Assembly (NCBI GenBank): GCA_951406725.2
Contig: OX597815.1
Span: 117,242,001 to 117,306,000 of the forward strand
Direction of reading: 5' to 3'
DNA length: 64,000 nt
Source of the DNA: Octopus vulgaris
Taxonomy: Eukaryota
Shown here piece by piece: positions 1-13,235 of the stretch (its first letter is position 1; each line of letters opens with the position of its first letter). A model generated the notes under the pieces. It did not search any database and was not told the origin of the DNA. It saw nothing but the letters and a program-made list of their open reading frames with translations. The position numbers were made by a program, and so were the translations under genes.

Positions 1-2159
1 CCTTTTTAATGCCAACCTGCCCGAGACATCCCTAGTTCTGTAAAGCAAGCTTCTTGTAAAGAGATCTAGATTAAAAACTTCCACTAGAATTTTATGTAAA
101 TTCAAATTACAAATATGAACTTATTAATAGTTTCAGATTTTGGCACAGGGCCAGATGTTTTTGAGGGGAGGGGTAAGAGTCGACTATATTGACCTCAGTA
201 CTTGACTGGTACTTATTTTATTGGCCCTGAAAGGATGAAAGGTAAAGTCAACCTTGGTGGAATTTGAACTCGGAACATAAAGAACAAAATGCTGCTAGTC
301 ATTTTTGCCCATCTTTATAACTTGCATGCTAATGCTTTTACCAGTGCAGTGTAATGGTGACACACTTGTCACTTAAACATAGCAGTGTGGGTTTAAGTCC
401 TACGTGTATGGAAAGCCTTACTTTTTTTGGTGTTAGGAAGGGCATCCAGCTGTAGAAACTATGCCAAAACAGAGTGGAACCTGGTGCAGCTCTATAGTTT
501 ACCAGTTCCAGTCAAACCGTCTAACCCATGCGAGGGTAGAAAGTGGACATTAAATGATATGATGATGAGGAGGATGACTGCCTTATAAGAAACTTAATGA
601 CAAAATCATTTTAGTAAATTCTTCATTATTTTTGAGATTGTTACTTGAAGTGGCTATGTGAATATTTTGCTGGCTATGTGAATAAAAACTGAGGCCACCA
701 AAATATGTATTACCAGATATAAATATATTGGATGTTGACTATTTACAATGGATGACATACATGTTTGCTGACTGTGAGAGATGGATTGCTCTGAAATTAT
801 AGAAAGCTTTCTGTGTGATAACATGTGGTCAGCCCCAAAATATACCAAGTCCACTATGTAAATTTCTGTGATGACAGAGTTCTTTTGCTATCTGTCCTTG
901 GCCATCTGCTGACTGAGATAATGAAAAAACTGTGCCATGTCTGTAGAAGTTAACTTATGAGACACCATGTGAATGTTCAAAACAGAAGGGGCCTGTCCAA
1001 GAACCTGGAACTGTTTGCAGAAATGTCTGGAAATGTCATCATGGCAAAAATGGAAGCATGTGTTGTTCAGCTGTCTAATTGAGCAGCAAAAAAGTGTTTT
1101 ATAAGATACAAGAAAGAACATTCTAGAAAAACAACTTCACACTGTTTGATTGCTTAACAGACCTGTAGTGGTTCACTCAAAGTGTCTGGTAGATGAAGTT
1201 TTGAATCACCACTACAAGATTAGCTGAAAGAAATGTGTAGTTTAGCAGAGATATAGCAATAAAATGGATTTAATAGAAATAAGTCTTCTTGGAGCCTACA
1301 TGTTCAGAAGCTTATCCAGATTTTTAAAGCATCTTACCTCGCTCTGGCCAGGTAACCTTATACTTCTTCTACAGCAAGACACCTGTATTTCTCACTATAA
1401 CTTTTTCATCATCCAACAGAAGATCACCTTGGGTTGAGAGTGCATGACACCCTGTTAAATGGACAGCAGTATGTTATAAGTTAATCATCAGCGGTCATTG
1501 TTACTTTTAGTCAGGTGGACTGGAACAGTGTGAAATGAAGTGTTTTGCTCAAGAACTCTACAAGGTGCCTGGCTTGAGAATTGAAGCCATGATCTAATGA
1601 TTGTGAGTCCAACACTCTAAACACAAGGCCAGATATTTTCAAAAATTAAATAGAAATGAGGGCAAATTAATCAGCATTGTTATGTTTGTTGTAAAGAAGA
1701 GCATCAGTTGTAGAAACCATATCAAAGCAGACATTTGAACTCATTGCAGTTCTCTAGCTTGATCCATCCAACCGAAACCAGCATGGAAAACAGGTATTAA
1801 ACAAATATGATGATAGTGGTGGCGATGGTGTTGGTGATAAAGATAATGATGTTAACAATAGTTTGTAGCTAATTTGTTATGTCCCAATAATTATGATAAT
1901 AGCCATTGCATGAGTAATAATTCTGCAGCTATTCTAGGCTTACAACACTAAGTAGAAAGTTAATATTGGGAGATTCAGTTGTTAAATAAGACTGGGAATT
2001 CTCTAAGATACATAAGTTCAGTTATCAGCTGAAGAACCTCAAGAAAGCTTTAAAAAAGGCTCAATAAAATTGCTAATTAGAAACAATTTGTGAAGATTTA
2101 TTTATTTATTTTAGATTTATTCAAATTCATCATTACTTTTAGTTAATAATTCCAAGAAT

Positions 2160-2392
2160 TTAACCCTTCTGATACCAACCTGCTTGAGACCATTTCTGGT
2201 TCTATGATACAAATTTTCTGTTACAAATATTCTACATTAAAATCTTCAATCAAAATCTCATGTTAATTTATAGTCCCAAACACCATCTTAAAATAACCAC
2301 AAAGTTATTTTACGAAATTCTTCAATATTTTCCAAATTATTTTTATACATTGGCAACATAATTCAACAGAAATATGGTAACAAAAGGCTTAA
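2160..2392. mobile_element. piggyBac-like MITE (related fragments at 1-125 and 585-650)
   Basis: TTAA-cccttctgatacc … ggtaacaaaaggc-TTAA. Confidence 0.6.
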
Positions 2393-2463
2393 ACAATACA
2401 ACAAAATAGATTTTAAAATGGTATTAAGTCTATTATATGGAAGCTATTAGCATTGAGGTTAAA

Positions 2464-2802
2464 TTATTACCTCCGCCTCAGTCGTGTTTGTTTGTCTGTG
2501 GACAAGATATCTCAAGAACTGCTGGATTCAGATGAAACTTTCAGGGATGTTTGGCCATATGACTGGCACGACCTGATTAAATTTTGGGATTGATCTGGTA
2601 CCAGAAAAGGATTCTGAATTATTTTTCCTGTTTTTTTTTACTTAATTTTTGAGGGCAGTCGGGTTCATTTTTAGTATTCTTGTTTGTGAGAGCAGTTGAG
2701 TATATTTCAGATATTCTCATTTTAAAAATCATCTCTGGCTACTCGTTGAGAGGATGTTAGTGTTGCTTTGGCAGAGGTTTGTGCTCTCTGCATGCTCTTG
2801 TT
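2464..2802 (+). mobile_element. Helentron/DINE-like non-autonomous element
   Basis: ttattacctccgcc… with subterminal inverted repeat ggcagaggt, a (GTTT/GTCT) microsatellite and a 3' hairpin. Confidence 0.55.
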
Positions 2803-4559
2803 ATTATGTTCAATGGAGTGATATTCCAAGAATAGCTGTGTCAGCAGAATACAAGACTGAGTATATTATATTACACTGTCCTGTGATTAAATACCATTAT
2901 GTTTAAATTTATCTTCCATCCCTCAAGAGAGTAATAAAATATGTCATGTTTGATAGCAATATATACCAAAATTCAATTTATATTTCCACAATGCTTGCTA
3001 ATAACATGATACAGTGCTTGAATGCTGTGCACAACCATCATCATCATTGCCACCTCCTCTCCTTCTCCCTCTACCCCTCTTTCTCCTTCCTTCCTCCTTT
3101 AGTATCCATTTTTTCCATACTGGTATGAGCTGGGCGATCGTGCTATTAATCTCAGTTGTGTGTTAAGTGATGTACACGTTTTTGCTATCTTTATAGATTT
3201 ATTTTTCTTTCTCTGCACTAAGGATGGAATGGAATAATATCATTTATTATTGACACAAAGTCACAAATGTTCGGAATTGCTGAAATAAATCTTCAGAACT
3301 TAACTATGCTTATTTTATAGATTCTATACAGAATGAAGTAAGTGGGGTTTGCTCTCAGAATGTAAAGGAATGTAACTAAACACCACAAGGTATTTCGTTT
3401 GGTACTCTACTGATTTAACATTATCAAGTATAAAAATAAAAATTAAGACAGAAAATATTTAAAACAAATGTATGATAAAGAATATAGGAAAAATATCTAT
3501 TTTGAACTGTGAATTACTGGTGCTTTAATGACGTTTTGTTATAATTCTGTATTTATCTTTTATATATGTATATCATCATCATCATCATCATCGTTTAACG
3601 TCCACTTTCCATGCTGGCATGGGTTGGACGGTTTGACTGAGGACTGGCATGCCAGGTGGCTGTACCAAGCTCCAATTTGATCTGGCAAGGTTTCTACAGC
3701 TGGTGGTGGTGGTGATGTTGATGGTGATAGTGATGATGATGGTGGTGGTGGTGGTGGTGGTGGTGGTGCTGCTGCTGCTGCTGCTGCTGCTGGCATAGGT
3801 TGGATGATTTAATAGAATCTGCTGGGTTCAAAGACTGCATGGTGCTCCAGTGTCTGCTTTGGCATGGTTTCTGTGGCTGGATGCCATTCCTAATGCCAGC
3901 CACTTTACAGTGATACCTGGGTGCTTTTCTCATGTCTCTGGCACTCAAGAGGTTGCCATGCAGCTTACAAGACTACGAAACTTGAGGGTAGGGATTAGCT
4001 TTGGGAGCATAGCTGGTTCTTGTAGAGGAGCAACATGGTTACTCACATTTAGGGGAAGGAGAGTGAGAATGGATCAGCAGTAGCTGCAAAGAGATAAATA
4101 GTGGGGATGGGGTGTCCAGGTGGCCCCTTAAGGTATGAAGTGAATAGAAGTGAAAGGGGACAGATAAACTAGGTGTGTGATGGTTTGGAAGAATGCATGG
4201 GACATGATGGAAGAGATTGGGGAAATAGGAGAGAATACGAGAGGTGGGTAACAGCTGTAAAGATTGAATAGGGTTAAAGTGTGGATGTAGGGAGTGATGG
4301 ATACGGGGGTAGGAGATGGCCAATGATGCAGGAGTTAGAAGTATATACAGTATCTTTGTCGAAAGAAAAAGAAGGAACAGCTTGGTTGGTTTCAATCCTG
4401 GAATTGTGATTTCATTAGTGATTGAGAGTACAGTCACTTATGAAATTACTATTCAAGAATGGAAACCAGTCTGGCTGTTTTCTATCTTAATACAGATGGA
4501 TTGTTTCATAATTATTCTATACACAGTGTTGGTTAAAAATCCATCCATCCATATATATA

Positions 4560-6585
4560 TCATCATCATCATCATCATTGCTTAATGTCCATTGTCCATG
4601 CTGGCATGGGCTGGACGGTTTGATGAGGGCTGGCAAGCTGTAAGGTTGCACCAGACTCCAATCTGATTGGGCATGGTTTCTACAGCTGGATGCCCTTCCT
4701 AGTGCCAACCACTCTGAGAGTGTAATGGGTACTTTTATGTGCCACTGACATGGGTGCTGTTTGCATGACACCAGTGTCTGCCATGACTGCAATTTTACTT
4801 GGCTTGATAAGTCTGCTTCTCAAGCACAACATAATGCCAAAGGTCTCAGTCATTACCTCTGTGAGGCCCAACACTCAAAAAGTGCTCTTCACATGCCACC
4901 AGCATCAGCCACTTTTCTTCTGTGAGGCCCAACATTTGAAAGGTGCATTTTATGTGCCACTGGCATGGGTGCCAGTTATGTGACACCAGCATCAGCTATG
5001 ACTATGATTTCACTTGGCTTGACAAGTCTTCTCAAGCACAGTATATCACCAAAGGTCTCGGTCACTAATCATTGCCTCTGTGAGGTCTAAAGTTTGAAGA
5101 CCATGCTTCACCACCTCGTCCCATGTCTTCTTGGACCATGAATTCCTGCCACAGTTAGAGTTTGGCACTTGTTTACACAGCTGTCCTCATCCATACACAT
5201 CACAGGACCATACCAACGCAGTTGTCTTTCTTGCACACCACATCTGATGCCTCTTATGCCCAACTTTTCTCTCAAGATGCTTACACTCTGTCAAACATGC
5301 ACACTGGCATTGCACATCCAGTGAAGCATACTGTCTTCAGCTGTCACAGACCATGTTTTACTACTGTGTAGCATAGCTGTTTGCACACAGGAATCATACA
5401 ATCTGCCTTTCACTCTGAGGGTGAGACCCTTTGTTGCCAGCTCTCTTAACTTTGCCCAGCCTATTCTTATTCTCGTAGCTACACTCTTGGAACATCCACC
5501 TTAGCTACTAACTTGATCACCTAGATAACGGAAACTACCCACTACCCCTAGCTTACCCACCTGGCAGTTGATGGAGTCTATTTTCTGTACATTTTCAGTG
5601 TTTATTGTACCTGTGCATCTTCCACACACAAAAGCTATTTTCCCAGTTAACTTTCCTCTGATATTGCTGCACCTCTTATGTATCCATAGCTTACACTGGG
5701 TGCATCTTATGAAGTTTCTACCTATTCTTTTCCTACAGATCAAGCATGGTCATTTACCTGAAGGGATATGTGATTTGTCTGCCTTCCTAATTACTAAAAC
5801 TTTGGTTTTCGTAGGTTAACTCTAAGGTCCTTCGATTCTAGACTTTACTTCCAGACCTGGAACTTCTTCTCTAGTTCTGATAGTGATTCAGATATAAGAA
5901 CAAGGTCATCAGCATAGAGGAGCTTCCAGGGGCAGCCTATCTTCAATTCCTCTGTTATTGCCTGGAGGACTATGATGAACAAGTGGGGCTGAGGACCGAT
6001 CCTTGGTGAACCCCTACTTCTACTCTGATTTCTTCACTGTACTTATTGCCAACTCCCACCTTATCGATAGCTTTCCTGTACATGGCTTGTACAGCTCTCA
6101 CCATCCCTAGTTTCTGCATTGAGCACTAGATAAGGGATCGGGGGACCCTGTCAAAGGCTTTCTTCAAGTCAGCAAAAGCCAAGTACAGAAATTTATCTTT
6201 AGCTATGTATTTCTTCGGCAGCTGCTTTACCAGAAATATAGCACCAGTGGTGCTTCTCCCTGGCACAAAACCAAACTTCATTTCATCTAGACTAACTCTC
6301 TTTCTAATTAGTTGGGCTATGACCCTCTCCATAACAATCATCACCTGGTCCAACAATTTGATACCTCTGTAATTATTTCTATCTAAGGCATTACCTTTAC
6401 CTTTGTAGCAGTTGACTATGGTGCTGCTACACCAGTCATTGGGTATGACTCCTTCATGAACCATACAATTTACAATACAAGTGAGTAGACCATAACCGAC
6501 ACTGCCAGGTAGATCAGCAGTGATTCCTGATGGGCTGGGGCCTTTCTCTATCTTCATATCCTTAATTGCTTAATCTACCAAGATA
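4560..6585 (-). mobile_element. 5'-truncated RTE-clade LINE (degenerate RT, PHD-like finger, 3' UTR and (GAT)n tail)
   Basis: ORF 6126-6557 gives RT motifs (NNYRGIKLL, FGFVPGRST, FADLKKAFDRV). LLYADD lies at 5905-5922 and FRYLGD near 5520. Frameshifts and stops are present. Confidence 0.9.
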
Positions 6586-7428
6586 TTTTCAATTCAGCTA
6601 GCTGGTCCCTCAACTGGGTCAACATTTGGCAGACTCTCCTCTGATTCATACCCAGTGGACTTCTTTCAGTTTGCCATCTCCCAGATCCACTCAAGCTTTG
6701 GTTGGTTTGAGGCAATAGTAAAAGACACTTGCCCAAGCTGTCATTCAGTGGAACTGAACCCAAACCACGTAGTTGGGAAGCAAAATTCTTAACTACACAG
6801 CTATATGTATTCCTATGCTGATAAGATAAATATATTTTACTAGTGTGTTATCAGAATGCCAGAATGAATTTGTTTTTGTTGGTTATAGGATAATATTATA
6901 CTATCATAGATATAATGCTTAACGTAAATAAAGTTAAGTGCTTTGCTTAACGATGCAGTGCAACTCTAAAAGCAGAATATGAATTCATACTTTATAATCT
7001 AATGGATCTGACAGTTTATTCACTGAATTGTTAAACCTAATTTCGGGGTTCATAACTAAGCCAGGAAGCTTTTTTTTAGTTTCGTTACTTATAACAGCCA
7101 TGCTTGGCTTAGCACAGGCATGGTGGAGTCGTTAAGAAGCTTGCTTTCCAACCAAGTGGTTTTGGGTTCAGTCCCAATGTGTGATACTTCGGGCAAGTTT
7201 TTTTCCATTTAGCTACTATTCTGGTAGACAGAAACTGAAAGAAGTGTGTCATGTATCATCATCATCATCGTTTAACGTCCGCTTTCCATGCTAGCATGGG
7301 TTGGACGGTTCAACTGGGGTCTGGGGAGCCCGAAGGCTGCACCAGGCCAGTCAGATCTGGCAGTGTTTCTACAGCTGGATGCCCTTCCTAACGCCAACCA
7401 CTCCGAGAGTGTAGTATGTATGTATATG

Positions 7429-7481
<53 letters not shown>

Positions 7482-7485
<4 letters not shown>

Positions 7486-8352
7486 TATTCTTTAACAAGA
7501 TCAGTATTGACAGTGACTTCGAAGTTGCAACCAGCTAAGCTATCATTGGACTGTAATTCATTTAAGTTCCTCTTGGCCAAGAAATCCAGTGAATTACAGT
7601 TCAATGCTGGCTTAGTTGGCTGAAACTTTGAAATTATTGTCATGAAAGGGAATGAAAACTAAAAACTTTTACCTTGTTATTTCTTATGGTTATACCTAGA
7701 TTTCAAGTTTTTTTTTAGCAAATAAAATAATTTGCCAGGCAAAATTCTCATCAGTAACTGTGCCATAACATTAACATATAATTTAGAGACAAAATAAGAT
7801 GTGTCTTATCATTATAATTTCTCAAATTCACTGCGCAAGTGCAGTTTCAGTCGGCAGTAAATGAAAAATGCTGAACTGGATTTACCAGGGGTAAATGGGT
7901 AGGACCGCTCACCGCGATCGCGAGGAGACTCAGTCCGCTGCTTCCCACCAAGGCGCCATCATCGTCGATGAACGCGCCGGTGGCGGCCGCTTGTTCCGTG
8001 GGCGGTCGTCTGCCGCCTTGTCAATGTTCGATTTCCGGGGCGCCGGCATCGGACGCACTTCCCCTCCGATCCGATCCGCGACCCGTTTCCCGTCGGCGTG
8101 GTGTCTCCAGGTCACAGACGAGCACCCTGCCACTGCTGCCGGCTTCATGGTCGGCGGTTAGGAACCACGTGCTTCTCTCGACCGGGCCCGTCGCTCCACG
8201 AAAAGCGCAGGCACGTCTAACCGATGGAGACGGGCAAACGCACCTCGCCCTCAGTAAGAACGATGCAGCGAGTCGTAAAATATATAGGGTAGTGAATATT
8301 TTTAGAAATTTCACTACCAGTGGCCTAGCATGTATAAAAGTCAATAGATTAT
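7482..8352 (-). mobile_element. Putative non-autonomous Penelope/retrozyme-like composite element
   Basis: Bounded by (TA)n tracts. Contains a foldback (7508-7642), a hammerhead (7689-7758), a GC-rich segment (7880-8280) and a terminus (agggtag…accagtggcctagcat) shared with 47564-47612. Confidence 0.4.
7689..7758 (-). ncRNA. Type I hammerhead ribozyme motif with extended stem II
   Basis: Minus strand reads guua-CUGAUGA-[gaauuuugccuggcaaauu…cuu]-GAAA-UCUAGG-UA-uaac. Stem I is 4 bp and stem III is quasi-palindromic. Confidence 0.62.
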
Positions 8353-8639
8353 ATATATACATATCTTGTGATCGACCAGACTATTAGATGTTATACATCA
8401 GTGGTCACAATGCGTTTTGCATGGTTTTAGCTTTTGAATGATGCCACCCTGCTGGCTTAGATGAGCAGGCCAACATTCCCCCTGATTGGAAGGCTAGGCT
8501 GTTGCAGGGTAACCTATTTACAGCTGAGCGAACTGGAGAAGCATGAAATGAAGTGTTTTGCTCAAAAACACAAATTGAGGCTCAGTCCCAATCGCTAGAT
8601 TATGAGTGCAACACTCTAACCACTAAGCTACATATATGT

Positions 8640-8980
8640 ATATAAGGCAAGTTAAGCAAAAATTTAGATTCAGATGAATTAGGTACCTAAGTTGAGGCAC
8701 CAGAATTTAGTACGGTATTATCCATACAATTTCAAAACAATTTCAAAATAAAGTGATTAAAATCAAAATAAGCAAGAGGATATTCAGAGGTAATGCAGTA
8801 CGATCATTTCAAGTGACTCCATTTAATTGACCAATGCAATCATTACATAATTTAATTCTATGTATTTATGCAGCTGAGGATTGTTCTGCCATTTAAATTG
8901 ATGTAATGATTGCATTGTTCAATCATTGACATGATTGTACTGCATTACCCCTGAATATCCTGTTGCTTATTTTGATATAT
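8640..8980. mobile_element. (TA)n-flanked Penelope-type foldback remnant
   Basis: Imperfect inverted repeat 8762-8855 / 8892-8976 containing the hammerhead. Confidence 0.55.
8868..8945 (+). ncRNA. Degenerate hammerhead ribozyme within a Penelope-type inverted repeat
   Basis: augcag-CUGAGGA-[47 nt]-GACA-ugauug-UA-cugcau with a 6-bp stem I. The inverted left arm (8793-8810) retains the intact GAAA-UGAUCG-UA-CUGCAU. Confidence 0.55.
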
Positions 8981-9799
8981 GTATATATATATGTATGTGT
9001 GTATGTGTGTGTGCCTGTGTATATACTCTTACCTCAACATCAGGTGAGCAAGCATCACTGTCATATACAGATGAGGGTTGTTGACAGAAAGGGCATCCAG
9101 CTGTAGAAAATGTGCCTCAACAAATTCCATTTGACCCATGCAAGCATGAAAAAATGGTCATTAAAACAATAATGATGATGATGTTGTCAAGGCACAGATC
9201 AGTAATATTAAGCAGACCTGTGGTCAATAGCATTCAAGCTATGACCATCCCTTTTATTACCTTTTTCTTTTTATCAGGGGCAGTATATCTTAAGATTTTA
9301 TTATTAAATGTATCCCATTTTTAAAAAAGGTGCTAGTGTGTGATTTGAGTGAGATTTAGTTTGGCTGCTATTTCTAGCATTTGAATGACTGTATGGAGAC
9401 TCTTTTCTTCATTCATTTAATGTATGATTTTGTCAGATTGTAAATGTCAATGCTAATAATATCAATCAGGGTTTATCCGATTATTTACATTACAGAATAA
9501 TGATCATCTAATTGTTGTTAATCATTCTAAGAACTATAAATGATTGAAAAAAAATCCCAACAAAAACAAAAACAACAATGAAAACAGGGGAATGTGAGTG
9601 AATCCATTCAGAAACATGAAAAGAGTATAGTGAAGGCAATGTTCTCTTTCGTGAGCCATGTTTGACGTATGCTGTAAGTCACTTAGTGTGATTACAATAT
9701 TTAGAAATTGCAATCTGTGGGTGGGCCATAATTACAGCAAAACTAGGAAAATGATGCCTTTAAGTGTATTAAATGTAGCAGTATATCTAATTGTAAGAA

Positions 9800-10402
9800 A
9801 TCATCATCATCATCATCATCGTCCAATATCCATTTCCTATGCTAGCATGGACTGGATGGTTTGACAGGAGCTGGCAAGCTGAAGGGCTTCACCAGGCTCC
9901 AGTTGTCTGTTTTGGAATGGTTTTTATGACTGGATGGCCTTCCTAACATCAACCATTTTACAGAGTGTACTGGATGTATTTTACATAGTGCCAACATAGA
10001 TGCTTTTTATGTGGTGCCAACACAAGTACTTTTTACATGGGGTTGCACCAGGCTCCAATCTTGATTTGGCAGAGTTTCTACAGCTGGATGTCCTTCCTAA
10101 TGCCAACCATTCTGAGAGTGTAGTGGGTGCTTTTTACGTGCCACCGGCACAGGGACCAGTCAGGCAGTACTGGCAATGACCTCACTTGAATTCTTTTACA
10201 TATGCCACCAGCACAGGTGCTAGTAAGGCGACTTTGGTAACGATCACGCTCGGATGGTGCTCTTGGCACCCTACAAACACGGGCACAAGTACCAGTAGGG
10301 CGATGCTGGTAATGATCACGCTCGAATGGTGCCCTTGAAGTGCCACTGGCATGGAAGCTGGTTAGCCGCTCTGTCAATGATCACACTCGTATGGTGCTCT
10401 TT
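9800..10402 (-). mobile_element. RTE-tail SINE/LINE 3' fragments (also 3570-3960, 7255-7413, 46513-46860, 49420-49583, 62590-62825)
   Basis: (CAT)n followed by the ttccatgctagcatgggttggacgg…gtttctacagctggatgcccttcctaa tail shared with the RTE LINE. Confidence 0.75.
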
Positions 10403-11034
10403 AAATAAATTCCAATAAATTCCATGGTTTTTACCAAATTTTTCATCTATTCTAAATAAAACTTTTTTGAAATGCTATATTCCCAAGTCATTCAAATACT
10501 TGTCCTGCTTATTAGCTTTCTTTGTAGGAAATGATTCACATCAAAGGAACCGATCAGTCAGAACTATATTACCGTAGCAATTTAGTACAGATAATGTTAA
10601 TTGCATGAAACAAGTATGGCTGTGTGGTAAGAAGTTTGTTCCCCAACCACATGGTTTCAAGTTCAGTATCACTGTGTGGAACCTGGAGCAAGTATCATCT
10701 GCCCAGGCTAACCAAAGGCTTGTGAATGGATTTGGGAGATGGAAACTGAAAGAAGCCTTCCATACATACACACACACACACATTCATAGTAACAAAGAAC
10801 ATCTCAGCCACTCTCAAAAGATCCTCTTCCTAAAATCCAAGAATACAAATTTAACTCCAGATTCTTTTTCAACACACACATACCCACAAATGGTATGAAT
10901 TTTCTAGAAGTATAACATTCATGATGACTCTCTCACATAGGATGGAATTCTTAAAAAATTTTATCCAAATCCTGATGATCTCCTTTTCCTTATTGTATAA
11001 AATTTGGACACCACTTCAAACAGACTCTCTCTCT

Positions 11035-12745
11035 GTATCATCATTTAATGTCAGTTGTCCATGCTGGCATGAGTTGGATGGTTTGACCAGGGCTGGCAAG
11101 CTGTGTAGCTGCATCAGACTCCAGTCTGATATAGCATGGTTTCTACGACTGGATGTCCTTTCTAACACCAACCGTTTTACAGAATGTGCTGGGTGCTTTT
11201 ATGTGGCATCACACAGGTGCTTTAATGTGGTACTACATGGGCACTGTCAAATGACACTGCACAGGCATTTTTATATGGTACTGCATGGGAACTTTTACGT
11301 AGCACTGCCATGAGAGATTTACATCACCAGAAAGACCGGTCTTAACACTTCTGCAGAGGAGTACAGGTCTTCTTGAGTACAGCAAGGCACTAGGCCTCTC
11401 AGTCTTTTTGTCATCTCACCTGAAAGGTTTAGTGCCCTGAGATTGTTCTTCAGTACTTCATCCCATGTCTTCCTGAGTCTCTTCACTTCCATGTGTTCCG
11501 TACACTTTGAGAGATCAGCACTTCTTTATGGAGCTGTCAGCATCCATCTGCATCACACAGCCAAACTAGCACAGTCTTCTTTCTTGCTCACAGCAACAAA
11601 TTCCTCTAATGCCTAACTTCCCCCTCAAAACACTTGCACTCTGTCAAACATATACACTTACATTAACATCCAGTGGAGCAAACTAGCCTCACTCCTTTCT
11701 AACCTTCACATGTCCTCTGCATTCAGGGTCCACATTTCACTACCATGTAGAATTGCTGTCTGTATACGTGCATCATACGATCATCTTTTCACTCGGAAAG
11801 AGAAACCTTTCATGGCCAACAGAAGTAACAGCTCTCAGAATTTCCTCCATCCTATTCTTATTTTAGCTATCACACTCACTGTGCATCCTCCTCCTATACT
11901 AATTCAGTTAGTAGCAGAAATTATTTACTATCTCTAAAGAGTCACCAGAGTATTTGAGAGAATGAATTTCCTGGGTCTCTAAAGTTTTTATGGATCCTGT
12001 GCACCTTCCACATATGAAAACTATCTTCTCTGATAACCTTCCTTTTAACCCACTGCACCTCTTGTGTGTTCATATCTTAAACTGGGTACACCATATGGAG
12101 TTCCTACCTACACCTTTTCTACGAATTGAACAGGGCCACCTACATGGGCAGGGGTAGGGTCCTGTCAGTTTTCTTGCTTACTAGGACCTTAGTCTTGGCT
12201 GAGTTAACCATAGAGCCCTTAGATTCCAAGTTTTGCTTCCATACCTGGAATTTCTCTTCTAGTTCTGATATGGTATCTGCTACAAAGGCTAGATTATCAG
12301 AAGATAGCTGGTCTTGAATTCCTCTGTTATGGCCTGGAGGCTAATGATGAAAATGAGGGGACTAAGAACTGAGCCTTGAGGAACCCCTACCTGTTTACCA
12401 AATTCTTTGCTATACTCATGGTTAACTCTCACCTTACTGACAGCATCTTTGTACATAGCCTGTACAGCTTTTACCAGTCACTCATCTATCCCTAGCTCCT
12501 TAGAGCCCATCATATCATATAACAGGACACTCTACTGAAGGCTCTCTCTAGATCAACGAATGCCAGGTATAATGGTTTATTTTTAGTTAAGTGCTTCTTT
12601 TGCAGTTGTTTGACTATGGAAATAGTCTCAGTAGTGCTTCTTCCCAGACAAAGCTGAATTGCATTTCATCTAGCCAAATTCTGCTTCTAATTAATTGGGC
12701 TATAACTCTCTCTGTAATTTTCATCACCTGGTCCAGGAGTTTGAT
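11035..12745 (-). mobile_element. Second, more decayed RTE-clade LINE
   Basis: Colinear with 4560-6350 (VGVPQGSVLSPL.F motif near 12360-12390, PHD-like segment near 12000-12140, same 3' tail). Confidence 0.85.
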
Positions 12746-12889
12746 GTGCATGTGTGTGTGTGTGTGTGCATGCGTGCATGTGTGTATGTTACTGCATCCT
12801 TGTTTAAACTAATTTGATTGTTATAAAGCAGTGTCCTTCATTTCCAGTTGTCCGTGGAAACATGTCTGGTCATATATCAAATTATATTA

Positions 12890-13182
12890 TGGAGCATGAA
12901 GGACGTATATATTGCATTTTCTAAAATATACTGAGAAATTTGTGAGGTCTAGATGTGAATATGTTCAATGAACATTTGGACAAAATTTTTATCTGAGGTA
13001 CCAAATGAGCCCACATCACAGCAAGAAACACAAAAAAGAGTAGCTCTGTCAAATTCTTCAGTAGCAACAGTTTCGAAGTGAGGGCCAGGAAATGAGTGTG
13101 AAATAAGAAAAACCAGTCACACTAAAGGCAGTGCCCCAACATGGCCACAGCCTCTGGTTGAAACCAGTAAATGTAAAAGTAA
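12890..13182 (+). mobile_element. CR1/L2-like LINE 3' end
   Basis: LDK..SEVPNEPT-like C-terminus. Its tail (aaggcagtgccccaacatggccacag…gaaaccagtaaa) is shared with the CORE-type SINE. Confidence 0.45.
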
Positions 13183-13235
13183 TATAGAACTAGCTGATGA
13201 TTATATGGGTTGAAAATTCGCTCATCTATCTATGG

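Noticed and set aside
654-1260. Coding-like stretch
   Set aside because: Stops in all frames and no motif I can name; probably a decayed DNA transposon.
7868-7940. HDV-like ribozyme on the minus strand (L3-like UCCUCGC at 7926-7920, possible P2/P3)
   Set aside because: No convincing P1, no GG for P1.1, and the J4/2 strand lacks the catalytic C.
8248-8290. Hammerhead-like ccct-cagtaaga-acgat…gtcgt-aaaa-tatata-ggg
   Set aside because: Both core halves are wrong (no CUGA, no GAAA), and tatatagggtag is better explained as the terminus of a (TA)n-inserted repeat shared with 47564.
7880-8387. Overlapping ORFs of 72-139 aa in the GC-rich island; also telomerase, RNase P/MRP, 7SK and U3 identities
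   Set aside because: The ORFs are explained by stop-codon scarcity in GC-rich DNA and have no recognisable domain. Diagnostic ncRNA motifs (full CUAACCCUAA template, CR-I/CR-V, U3 boxes) were not found.
13050-13225. CUGAAGA/CUGAUGA words near GAAA
   Set aside because: Stems cannot be formed; chance matches in a LINE tail.
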